Below, piece by piece: positions 46,452 to 55,095 of a stretch of DNA of 64,000 bases. The notes beneath the pieces were generated by a model, which was not told where the DNA came from, ran no database searches, and saw only the letters and a program-made list of their open reading frames with translations. The position numbers were made by a program, and so were the translations under genes. The DNA lies in NCBI GenBank assembly GCA_012517235.1, contig JAAYVI010000117.1, forward strand, positions 1-64,000, read 5' to 3'. Position 1 is the stretch's first letter; the number at the start of each line of letters is the position of its first letter. This DNA comes from Elusimicrobiota bacterium (GTDB lineage Bacteria; Elusimicrobiota; Elusimicrobia; Elusimicrobiales; UBA9959).

Positions 46452-47683
46452 AATTTTACCGAAGTAAGCTTTCTTACCAATTCGTCATATCCGAAAGAAG
46501 AATCTTCTACCGTCATATCGGCGGCTTCGCTGTCGAGATTATCTATTAAAATAGGTATTTCGCTTCTTTTTTCCTGGTATTTCGGTATGGTTTGAGTTAC
46601 GCAGTGAATCGATCCGCCCGAAGTTATCGAATCGTCGGAGTTTACTTGTACCACGCTTATTCCGGGAATGCCTTGCTTATAAGCGTTTTCGGCTTTTATG
46701 TTGTCTTCGTCGTGCCCGGAATAAGAAGGCATTATGACTACGGAATTGACTATCAAAGAATTGGTATAAGTATACCATGTGCCGGAATACCATCCGCCGC
46801 CGTCATACCAGCCTTTTACGGTTATTATTTTGTAAGGATGTCCGTCCGGAGCGGTTTTGTTTTTGAAAAATTCTATCGCTTTTTGAGAATTACTCTTAAA
46901 GGGTTCTTGTTCGGCTGTGGAAATTAAAACGGTATGATCGTTTAAAAGTTTCATGAACATATCTATGTGCCCCGTTCCGTCTTTCGGTTCTCCCGGAAAG
47001 CCCGCATATTCGAAAACATATATGTTCTTTGCTTTGAAAGCGCTTTTAAGAGCGGCGTCTACCTGTTCTTTGCTCATATTTGAATTCCAGATATATGTTC
47101 TTTCCGTGGTAAAAAGATTACCGTAAGAATCTATCATGAAGTTGCCGCCGTCTAAAATCAATTCGGTTTGATATACGGGTATGTTTTTTGTTTTGCCTAT
47201 TACTTGAGGAACGGCATCGTCGTTTCTTCTATATTGATAATGTCTGTAAACCGTATCCACTATGGCCGGCTTTACCCCGGAAGAAGACAAACCGAAAGGG
47301 CCGTAATCTCTTACCCATACCGTGTCCACGGGGGCGGGAATTCTTTGCCAGCATTTTGTGTCCAGTCCGCTTATCGATTGAGGAGCGGCGTTTACCCATA
47401 CTTTGGCATTGCCTTTTTCGCAAGCCGCTTTTGCTATTTGAGTAAGCATACCGGTATATCCGGCCCAAGATATTACTACAGCCGATATCGGTTCGTATTC
47501 GGCCGGTATTCTAAAATCGGAAGGCACGGAGGCTCTGGTATGAAGCAGAAAAGGACCTTTGCCGTCCGGAGTTTCTCTATTGGGATCTATCCAATTGGGA
47601 AGAGGCTTTTGTAAGTCTAAAGAAAACGAGAAAGATACGAGATAAAAAATAAAAAATACCGATATGAAAGATCTTTTTTTCAT
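46448..47683 (-). CDS. secreted agmatine-deiminase / Porphyromonas-type peptidylarginine deiminase family enzyme
   Basis: signal peptide MKKRSFISVFFIFYLVSFSFS; C-terminal catalytic-Cys motif GGSIHCVTQTIP; start placed at MKKRSF after GGAG. Confidence 0.75.
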   Translation of the reverse strand: MKKRSFISVFFIFYLVSFSFSLDLQKPLPNWIDPNRETPDGKGPFLLHTRASVPSDFRIPAEYEPISAVVISWAGYTGMLTQIAKAACEKGNAKVWVNAAPQSISGLDTKCWQRIPAPVDTVWVRDYGPFGLSSSGVKPAIVDTVYRHYQYRRNDDAVPQVIGKTKNIPVYQTELILDGGNFMIDSYGNLFTTERTYIWNSNMSKEQVDAALKSAFKAKNIYVFEYAGFPGEPKDGTGHIDMFMKLLNDHTVLISTAEQEPFKSNSQKAIEFFKNKTAPDGHPYKIITVKGWYDGGGWYSGTWYTYTNSLIVNSVVIMPSYSGHDEDNIKAENAYKQGIPGISVVQVNSDDSITSGGSIHCVTQTIPKYQEKRSEIPILIDNLDSEAADMTVEDSSFGYDELVRKLTSVKF

Positions 47684-47778
47684 ATTATTCTCCGGATTTT
47701 GTCGATTGCGGGAAAACATATATTAATAAATATATTTTAGCAATTAAACTGACCCAAACAAGGGCCAAAGGTCCTAAT

Positions 47779-48957
47779 TTACTTTACTCTGAGTAAAGCA
47801 AAATTTAAATATCTGGTTTCTTCCATCCCGGCAAGTATGGGATGGTCTTTGGATTGGTATCTGTGTTCGAGTAAAAAAGTTTTTCTTGACGATATCATCG
47901 CGGCATTTTTTATGATGTCTTCGAAAGTAAAAGGCGATATGTGCTGAGAGCATGTGGAAAAAGCGGCATATCCGCCCGATGGCAAGGCTCTTAAAACTTT
48001 CGACAAAAGCTTAGCGTAAAGTTTTTCGGCTTGAGGAGAATTTTTTTTGCTTCTAATGAAATTTGGAGGATCCAGAAGTATAAAATCCGGTTTTTCCGGA
48101 AGTTCTCCCTTTTCCAAGGCGTCAAGCATCTTTTCCGCGTCGCATTTTTGAAAAATTATCTTATCTTCTTTTATCTTGTTTAATTGCGCATTTTTTTGAG
48201 CCAATTCTACGGCTTTTTCGCTGGAATCGGCGCCCCAAACTATTTCGGCTCCGTTTTTTGCCGCCAATACGGAAAAAGCTCCCGTGTAGCAGTAAAGATC
48301 CAATACTTTTTTGCCTTCAAAAAAGGGAATAAGAAAAGCGCGATTTTCTCTCTGGTCGAAATACCATCCGGTTTTTTGTCCCAGAGCCAAATCGACCTCA
48401 TACTTGCAGCCGTTTTCTTCTATGATTATTTTCTTCGGAAGTTTTCCCAATATTTCGTCTTCTTTTTTCTCGATACCTTCCAAGTGTCTATATTGATGAT
48501 CTCTTTTTATTATAATAGCTTTCGGCGAAAATAATTCGTATAAAGCCTGCGATATTTTTGCGCTTAATAGTTCGGCTCCGGCTGAGATAATTTGAACGCA
48601 GAATATGTCTCCGTATCTGTCTATTACAAGACCGCCTATGAAATCGGATTCCCCGAAGAAAATTCTGCAGTATTTATCAAGTCCCAAAGCTTTTCTGTGT
48701 TCGAAAGCCGCGGCTATTCTGTCTTTTACGAAATTATCGTCCAAAGAATAAGAATTTTTTACCAATAATCTTCCGCTTATCAAACTGTGAGGATTAAAAA
48801 AACCGACTCCGCACGGCGCTCCGTTTGAATATTCGAATCTGCATATTTCTCCAGGATTTATGTCGGTTCTTATCTTTTCCAGCTCATTGGAAAAAATCCA
48901 CCAATGGCCGTATTTCAATCTGTTATTGAAAGGCGCTTTTAATTTTAAAGTTTCCAT
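47779..48957 (-). CDS. RlmI/RlmK-like class I SAM-dependent rRNA methyltransferase (PUA + MTase)
   Basis: VLDLYCYTGAFSV SAM motif and DFILLDPP motif; start at METLKL overlapping the upstream stop (TAATG). Confidence 0.75.
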   Translation of the reverse strand: METLKLKAPFNNRLKYGHWWIFSNELEKIRTDINPGEICRFEYSNGAPCGVGFFNPHSLISGRLLVKNSYSLDDNFVKDRIAAAFEHRKALGLDKYCRIFFGESDFIGGLVIDRYGDIFCVQIISAGAELLSAKISQALYELFSPKAIIIKRDHQYRHLEGIEKKEDEILGKLPKKIIIEENGCKYEVDLALGQKTGWYFDQRENRAFLIPFFEGKKVLDLYCYTGAFSVLAAKNGAEIVWGADSSEKAVELAQKNAQLNKIKEDKIIFQKCDAEKMLDALEKGELPEKPDFILLDPPNFIRSKKNSPQAEKLYAKLLSKVLRALPSGGYAAFSTCSQHISPFTFEDIIKNAAMISSRKTFLLEHRYQSKDHPILAGMEETRYLNFALLRVK

Positions 48958-49322
48958 TATATAAGCTGATTCTTTACCGTTTTTATTATGTCTTCTTTTT
49001 TTGCGGGTTTTGTTATGTAAGTATTGGCTCCGTAAATCATACAATGCTGTATATCCGACGGACTGCCTTCGACGGTAAGCATTATGACCGGTATGTTTTT
49101 TAACATAGGATCTGATTTGATTTCTTTCAATGTTTGTATGCCGTTTTTATTGGGCATATGTATGTCGAGCATTATCAAAGAAGGGAGTTCTTTTTTCGCT
49201 TTTTCCAAAGCTTCCATGCCGTCATTGGCTTTTATAACCAAATATTTTTCGGCGGAAAGTATTTCGGAAAGAAGATTCAACATATTCGAATCGTCGTCCG
49301 CTATTAATATTTTATGTTCCAT
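48957..49322 (-). CDS. stand-alone CheY-like receiver domain
   Basis: MEHKILIADDD...LIMLDIHMP...KP; the ORF-track N-terminal extension is antisense translation of the tRNA. Confidence 0.8.
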   Translation of the reverse strand: MEHKILIADDDSNMLNLLSEILSAEKYLVIKANDGMEALEKAKKELPSLIMLDIHMPNKNGIQTLKEIKSDPMLKNIPVIMLTVEGSPSDIQHCMIYGANTYITKPAKKEDIIKTVKNQLI

Positions 49323-49336
49323 AAGTAAATTGAAGT

Positions 49337-49408
49337 TGCCGCGGGTTGGGATCGAACCAACGACACCTGGTTTTTCAGACCAGTGCTCTACCACTGAGCT
49401 ACCGCGGC
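49337..49408 (-). tRNA. tRNA-Phe (anticodon GAA)
   Basis: cloverleaf GCCGCGG-TA-GCTCAGTGGTAGAGC-A-CTGGT-CTGAAAA-ACCAG-GTGTC-GTTGGTTCGATCCCAAC-CCGCGGC-A; CCA is not encoded. Confidence 0.9.
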
Positions 49409-49543
49409 AACACGGCATTTAGCCGATAATATTATTAAATCAAATTTTAAATTTATTGGCAAGAAGCTCAAAAGATAGAGGCACGGATGTATGGAAGTGT
49501 GAAGTATGGATGCGGGAAGGTATTGAAGCTTAAAATAGTATTG

Positions 49544-50323
49544 TTAAATTTCTACTATGGCTTCGACTTTATCTCCGCTTTTTACGCCGTATTCTTTGGC
49601 AAAGTCGCCGTTTCTTACGGAAAATTCCAGATAATCGTAAGCGCCTATTACGCATAAAGCCGATTTTTCCGCAACCGAAGCGTATGTCGGTTTTAATCCG
49701 CTTATTGTTTTTTCTCCTACGGTAAAAACCGAATTTATGGTTATATATTCTCTGGTTATGTTTGTTATCGCGTTTCCGAATCTGTCTACTGCGATTATTT
49801 CGCCTACTACTTTATTTCCTATTCTTACCGGATGCGGATAAGGAAATTTTCTGTAATCGGAAAAGACGGGTCCTATTTTTTCCTCGCTTAAACCTTTTGC
49901 TATTTGAGCCGCGGCCGGGGACAGAATATCTCTGCCGTGAAAAGTCATACTTATCTTATCTAAGAAAATTGAAGAATTATTTAAAGCTCTGGCTTCTATT
50001 ATTTTTTCTTTTTCTTCTATCCAGCTTATTATGCCGTTATCGGGCGTTAAAAATTGATAGTTTTTAGTTTTTATCCATAAAGCGGCCCTGCCGGTTCCGA
50101 CATAGGGGTCCACTACGGCCAAAAAAAGAGTATTTTTAGGCATATACTCCATGGTTACCATAAGATAAAAAGCGCATGTTTTTATGTCTTGCGGCGGAAT
50201 ATTATGCGTTATGTCTATTATGGAAACTTTCGGATTTTTTGAAAGTATGACGCCTTTCATCGAAGCGACAAAAGGGTCGTTTGTGCCGAAATCGCTCAGT
50301 AAAGCGATATGAGAAGCTTTCAT
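49544..50323 (-). CDS. SAM hydroxide adenosyltransferase (DUF62, fluorinase/chlorinase-like fold)
   Basis: N-terminal IALLSDFGTNDPFVASMKGV. Confidence 0.75.
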   Translation of the reverse strand: MKASHIALLSDFGTNDPFVASMKGVILSKNPKVSIIDITHNIPPQDIKTCAFYLMVTMEYMPKNTLFLAVVDPYVGTGRAALWIKTKNYQFLTPDNGIISWIEEKEKIIEARALNNSSIFLDKISMTFHGRDILSPAAAQIAKGLSEEKIGPVFSDYRKFPYPHPVRIGNKVVGEIIAVDRFGNAITNITREYITINSVFTVGEKTISGLKPTYASVAEKSALCVIGAYDYLEFSVRNGDFAKEYGVKSGDKVEAIVEI

Positions 50324-50324
50324 A

Positions 50325-50900
50325 TTATCTGTTATTGCTTTGTATGACCGTAAGAGGTATTTTCTGCCGGCACATAGGGCAATTATCCGGATGATATAGT
50401 TCCAGAGGATATGATATCAAAGCTCTTAGAGGAACCGAGACGGACGGTTCTCCGTCCGACCTGTCGACTATGGCCGCTATCCCTATTACCTTTGCTTTAA
50501 AATTTCTCGCCAGAGAAATGGCTTCGTTGCATAGTTTACCGGTATTGAAAACATCGTCTACGACCAATACCTTTTCGCCTTCGTTTATTTTAAAATCTCT
50601 TTTTAAAACGGTAACCCCGTTGGACCTTTCCGCGAAAATAGATCTTGCTTTTTTTATTCTCGCTATTTCCTGTCCCAGGGCCAGAGAAGCGGGAGAGGAA
50701 GATATGACGACATTTATTTCCTGCGGAAATTTTTCCGCCATTTCTTTTGCTATTTTTTGAGCTATGTGAGGATATTGAAGAACGGCCGAAGTTTGAATAT
50801 ATGTTTGAGAATGAAAGCCGTTTGGAAGCTGAAAATGACCTGAAAGTATGGCTCCGTGCTCTTCCAGAACGGAAACTATGTCGAATTTCACTTTTGCCAT
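50325..50900 (-). CDS. type I phosphoribosyltransferase, PyrE-like, with C-terminal CPMC
   Basis: PRPP-binding VLVVDDVFNTGKL; N-terminal GHFQLPNGFHSQTY resembles OPRTase. Confidence 0.55.
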   Translation of the reverse strand: MAKVKFDIVSVLEEHGAILSGHFQLPNGFHSQTYIQTSAVLQYPHIAQKIAKEMAEKFPQEINVVISSSPASLALGQEIARIKKARSIFAERSNGVTVLKRDFKINEGEKVLVVDDVFNTGKLCNEAISLARNFKAKVIGIAAIVDRSDGEPSVSVPLRALISYPLELYHPDNCPMCRQKIPLTVIQSNNR

Positions 50901-53041
50901 TTTACCTCCGAGTTTACGAACTTGTCTTTTTCCAGATTTATTCCGGCGTCTATCGCTTTTTTTATGATTTCCGGATTATTGTTAGGATCTAAAATTTTTG
51001 TTTCGTTATTTTTAAATTTGCCTTTGAGTTTGAAAGCCAATGCCGGTCTTCCTTTGGCGTCCGTCAAAGCTTCGGGCAAACCGCCCATGGCGTGAAATTT
51101 ATTATTTAAAACATATACGGATAAATTCATCGTTTCTTCTTTGAAATCCATTTCGCCTTTTGTATAAGCCATAAAGTCTTTGCCGTCTATATAGAAACTG
51201 TTCAATACTATTTTACCATTATTTAGAGAATAATCCGCGGCCGTTTGAGAAAAATCTATGTTTTTAAGTTCCGAATTTAATCTAAAAGAACCGGCTCTGT
51301 TTAATTTATATATTGTGGTAATCGGAAGCGAAATAAGATGATAAATATTATTTTTTTCGGCATTGGATTGTATGTCGATAAAAGTTCCTTTTTCGGCTTT
51401 TACCGAAAAATCTCCGGAAATTTTCATAAAATCCGGATAAAATTTTGAGAATTTAGCCTGAAGAAAGACTTTGTCCGCTTTGCCGTATTCGTTATAGAAA
51501 GAATCGGAGTAAAAATATATGTTGAGTTTTTTGTCTATAAAATCGTACTTTTGAGAATTTTTCTTTTTAATATTTCTTTTTTTTATTTCCGATATATGTT
51601 TAAAAAAATTCGAAATTTCGTTTATGTCCGCTTTTGAGGAATAAACCGAGAACTCGCCTTCTCTTTTTACGGATTCGTTGTTTTTTATTATTCCTTTTAA
51701 AACGGTCTTTTTCCCGTTAAAAAAAGCCCTTCCGCTCATCTTTTCGATATTGCCTTCTTGCTCCCATTTAAAATTTATATTTCCGAAAACATTATTTCCC
51801 GATTTCGCTTCGCCTTTAAGTATATTTAAAGCTTTAAACGATTCGTTTAAAATCAGTTTTCCGCGCATTTTTGAAAACAAAGCAATGTCTTCCAAATCCG
51901 AAAAAGAAGAATCGTAAAAGTCGGCGCTTATATTCCATTTCTTTTCGCCTTTTCCTCCGGAAAAACGCATATCCAAATCCATTGTTCCGGCCGGTTTTTT
52001 TATATAGGGAGATAAAGTAAGTTTTATTTTTTCGGCTTGAAGAGATTTTACTCCGCAGGAAAAATTATACTCTATGTTTTTAGATTCCGTCCCCACAAAG
52101 CCTTCGGCCGAAGCTTTTATGCTTTCCAAAAAAGCTTTAAAACGCAAATATTTTAAGTTCTCATCCGACCAAATTCTTAATTTTATTTCGTTTTGAGGAA
52201 GATAAAATTCGTCTTTTAAAGGGAGTATGTCTTTTAAATTTGTGGCCGGCAACTCGAGAGAAAAAGATCCTTGAGGTACGGACAAATTTTTTAAGTTGCC
52301 TTTTGCGGAGTATATTTTTCCGTCCAAGTTAAGAGAAACCGAAATATTTTCCAAAGAGCATTCGCTTAAACTATCTCCGTGTATAAAATCCGCGTTTAAA
52401 TAAAAAGAAGCTTTTTCTTTGGTTTTTAAATACGAGCTTTTAAATTCCGTTGAGACGGTGAAGTTAGAATAAGCCGAATCCGAAGAGAAATCCGCCAAAA
52501 AGTCTATTTTTTCAAAATTATGATTAAGGGAATTTTTCATGTCTTCTATAAATACTTTTCCGTCTTCTACTGTTATTCCGTCTATTTTGGCGGAACCTTT
52601 TGATTTTCTTTTTTTCCATTTTTCTATTATGTCTTCAAATCTCCATTTTCCGTCCTGGTTTCTTCTCAGGAAAAATTCCGGAGAAATAAGTTTTATGTTA
52701 TTTATCTCCAATTTCCCGGATATTACGGAATACGGAGAAAATTTTCCCGTTATTCTGGGACAAACTATGAAATATTTTTGATTGTCTTTGGAGTAAATCT
52801 TAAGACCTTTGATCTGTAATCTTCCGTATGCGTCGAAAAAAACGCTTTCTATCGTGGTCGGTCTGGCGAAAAAATCCTGAAGCTGACCGGTAACCATAGA
52901 TTTAATTTCTTGTCTGGTAAAATAGTGGTTTATGACGTAGTAAAAAGCAAGATAAGAAAAAACCGCGGAAAAAGCCAAAAGTATAAAGGCAAATTTTAAA
53001 CCGTAGTAGATGTAGTAGATAATTTTGCCCGCTATTTTCAC
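50888..53041 (-). CDS. AsmA-like large membrane-anchored protein
   Basis: N-terminal TM followed by a long beta-rich repetitive region; 717 aa. Confidence 0.5.
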   Translation of the reverse strand: MKIAGKIIYYIYYGLKFAFILLAFSAVFSYLAFYYVINHYFTRQEIKSMVTGQLQDFFARPTTIESVFFDAYGRLQIKGLKIYSKDNQKYFIVCPRITGKFSPYSVISGKLEINNIKLISPEFFLRRNQDGKWRFEDIIEKWKKRKSKGSAKIDGITVEDGKVFIEDMKNSLNHNFEKIDFLADFSSDSAYSNFTVSTEFKSSYLKTKEKASFYLNADFIHGDSLSECSLENISVSLNLDGKIYSAKGNLKNLSVPQGSFSLELPATNLKDILPLKDEFYLPQNEIKLRIWSDENLKYLRFKAFLESIKASAEGFVGTESKNIEYNFSCGVKSLQAEKIKLTLSPYIKKPAGTMDLDMRFSGGKGEKKWNISADFYDSSFSDLEDIALFSKMRGKLILNESFKALNILKGEAKSGNNVFGNINFKWEQEGNIEKMSGRAFFNGKKTVLKGIIKNNESVKREGEFSVYSSKADINEISNFFKHISEIKKRNIKKKNSQKYDFIDKKLNIYFYSDSFYNEYGKADKVFLQAKFSKFYPDFMKISGDFSVKAEKGTFIDIQSNAEKNNIYHLISLPITTIYKLNRAGSFRLNSELKNIDFSQTAADYSLNNGKIVLNSFYIDGKDFMAYTKGEMDFKEETMNLSVYVLNNKFHAMGGLPEALTDAKGRPALAFKLKGKFKNNETKILDPNNNPEIIKKAIDAGINLEKDKFVNSEVKWQK

Positions 53042-53736
53042 AAAATCTCCTTAATAAGCGATAAAAGCTTTAAAGACGAAGAAAACATAAAAGCGGAAAT
53101 GCTTTTTAAATTTGAGAAACTCTCCCTAAAAAAAAGCGTTAAATTTGTTTTTTCCGGAAATAACATTTTTATTATGAAAGCGAAAAAGATCAAATTGAGA
53201 AAAAAAACGGCCATATATGAAAGAAAAACGGATTTTGTTTTTTTGAAATCGCTTTGTAAATCCGATGTCATTACCGAAATCGTGTTTGCGGCATGAAAAC
53301 ATATAAAAAAACCTTGCGCCGCTAAAAAAATATTTCTCCAATGTTTTATGTCCGCAAATAAAGATATTGCGAAAAAAATCAAGGCAAAAAGCGCGCAGTA
53401 AAAAGGGAATATGTAAGGCGCCAAGGATGTTATAAAATCGGGTTTTGCGCCGAAAGAAACATATCCGGAATCGGATTTAATCTTTATTTTTTTTATTTTG
53501 TTTCCCAAAATTATTCCGGCCATAGCGTGAGATAATTCGTGCGCCAAGATATATGGCTTTCTGAAAAACTCCGGAAAACGAACGTATAAAACGGCAAAAA
53601 TTATCGCTCCGGAAAAGAAAAATATGGGACCGCTTTTAAGCGATAAGATGGGGGAAAAAACGGAAAAAGAAAAAAGAACCGCAATGTTTAACGGAATAAA
53701 AAGAAAAGAAATAAGCGTTCTAAATGCGGCGGACAT
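53038..53736 (-). CDS. polytopic membrane protein with HExxH (M50B-like putative metalloprotease)
   Basis: AHELSHAMAG motif next to TM segments. Confidence 0.45.
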   Translation of the reverse strand: MSAAFRTLISFLFIPLNIAVLFSFSVFSPILSLKSGPIFFFSGAIIFAVLYVRFPEFFRKPYILAHELSHAMAGIILGNKIKKIKIKSDSGYVSFGAKPDFITSLAPYIFPFYCALFALIFFAISLFADIKHWRNIFLAAQGFFICFHAANTISVMTSDLQSDFKKTKSVFLSYMAVFFLNLIFFAFIIKMLFPEKTNLTLFFRESFSNLKSISAFMFSSSLKLLSLIKEIL

Positions 53737-53738
53737 CT

Positions 53739-54146
53739 TTATTTAAGAGGTTTTGTTTTAAGAATCTTATGTATCAGCGAAGAGAGAATATTAACTTTTA
53801 TCGGTTTCTCTACGAATTCCTTTACATTAGGTTCTTGTTTTATAAGTTCTATGGTGGTTCTGTCGGCATATCTGCCGGTTATTATGATTATGGGTATGGA
53901 AGCCGTTTCGTAAGATTGAAGTTCCCTTAGAATTTCAAAACCTCCGTATCCGGGAAGCATCAAATCCAAAAGAATAAGATCCGGATTTAGATTTTTAGCT
54001 TTTTCCAGAGCGCTTTTCCCGTCGGCGGCTTTTTCTATTTTAAATCCTTCTTTCTTTACGACAAATTCCAAGAGATCTCTTATGCTGTCGTCGTCGTCGA
54101 CTATCAGAACCAGTTTTTCTTGAGGTTTTCCTAAATTTTCCTGCAT
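53739..54146 (-). CDS. stand-alone response-regulator receiver domain
   Basis: LIVDDDDSIRDLL...LILLDLMLPG. Confidence 0.8.
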   Translation of the reverse strand: MQENLGKPQEKLVLIVDDDDSIRDLLEFVVKKEGFKIEKAADGKSALEKAKNLNPDLILLDLMLPGYGGFEILRELQSYETASIPIIIITGRYADRTTIELIKQEPNVKEFVEKPIKVNILSSLIHKILKTKPLK

Positions 54147-54147
54147 A

Positions 54148-54378
54148 TTAAAGATTGGTAGTTACCAAAGTTTCGGTGGTTTGAACGCCGTGAATACCTC
54201 TAATCTCTCTTACTATCAAACCGCTAAGTTTATCCATAGTGTCCGCTTCGGCGACCAAAATTGCGTCCCAAGCTCCGAAAGTGAGGTATACGTCTTTTAC
54301 TCCGCGTATGCTTTTTATTTGACCTATGGCTTTTTGCTCCAATCCCGCCACGAGTTTGCACAAGATAAAAGCTATCAT
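54148..54378 (-). CDS. stand-alone Lrp/AsnC-type RAM (ligand-binding) domain protein
   Basis: 76 aa; beta-alpha-beta-beta-alpha-beta-like, GVKDVYLTFGAWDAILV. Confidence 0.6.
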   Translation of the reverse strand: MIAFILCKLVAGLEQKAIGQIKSIRGVKDVYLTFGAWDAILVAEADTMDKLSGLIVREIRGIHGVQTTETLVTTNL

Positions 54379-54393
54379 TTCTCCTCCGTAAAA

Positions 54394-55095
54394 CTAAATT
54401 CTATTTATCCAAGAACTATTATAATATTTATTATAAGCAATTTCTCCTATTTTTTCCATATCTTGAGGTTTTGCCGTATACTCTTGCCACGAAACCGAGT
54501 GGCTTTGAGAAAAAGCTTCGATAAAAATTTGCGAGTAAAAGTCTTGTTTTTCTCTCGCGTCGTCTATTTGAAAAGATGCTTGATAGAGCATATAATCGGA
54601 AAATTTTCTAAGGGCGCCTCCGAGAACTTTTTTTCCCGAAATCATAAGATCTTTTTCTACCGGTTTTGAAAAGCAATCCATTGCCGGAGAACTTACGGCG
54701 TAACTTGCGGTTTTGGAATTTAGTATTTCCAGATTTATATTTTCTTTTGAGAAAGCTTCGTTTACGGCCGTATGAAGTTTTTCGTATAGAGCGTGAGGAT
54801 TAAATTCTCCGGGATTATGGAATATAAAGGAAAAAGTCAAATCTTTTTTGTGAAAAACTATTCCTCCTCCGGTCGGTCTTCTTGTGCGGGGCAAATCGAT
54901 GTCTTCCTTCGGAAGCTGAGATAAGACTTCTGCCGATCTTTGAGAAAAACCGAATGTTATTCCCGGTTTTCCCCAATTGAAAAACCTGAGCAAATATCTT
55001 TCCGGCATTCTTTCGCAGAAAAATTCGTCGGCCGCCATTTGATTAAAAACATCCAGAGGCGGCGTTTTTATTATAAGGCCTTTGTTCGCTACCAT
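54394..55095 (-). CDS. lipoate-protein ligase / octanoyltransferase family protein (LplA/LipB catalytic domain only)
   Basis: BPL_LplA_LipB fold with catalytic-lysine region ISGKKVLGGALRK; 7-nt overlap with gcvPB. Confidence 0.7.
   Translation of the reverse strand: MVANKGLIIKTPPLDVFNQMAADEFFCERMPERYLLRFFNWGKPGITFGFSQRSAEVLSQLPKEDIDLPRTRRPTGGGIVFHKKDLTFSFIFHNPGEFNPHALYEKLHTAVNEAFSKENINLEILNSKTASYAVSSPAMDCFSKPVEKDLMISGKKVLGGALRKFSDYMLYQASFQIDDAREKQDFYSQIFIEAFSQSHSVSWQEYTAKPQDMEKIGEIAYNKYYNSSWINRI

Noticed and set aside
48957-49418. ORF-track 153-aa protein starting MPCCRGSSVVEHWSEKPGVVGSIPTRG
   Set aside because: Its first 32 codons are the antisense translation of tRNA-Phe(GAA) at 49337-49408. 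The real gene is the 121-aa receiver domain starting at MEHKILIADDD (49322).
49409-49543. short imperfect repeats (GTATGGA, GAAGTGT) in the region upstream of tRNA-Phe
   Set aside because: They are too short and irregular for a CRISPR or a REP element. The region is probably just the tRNA promoter, with a TTGCCA-like -35 on the minus strand.
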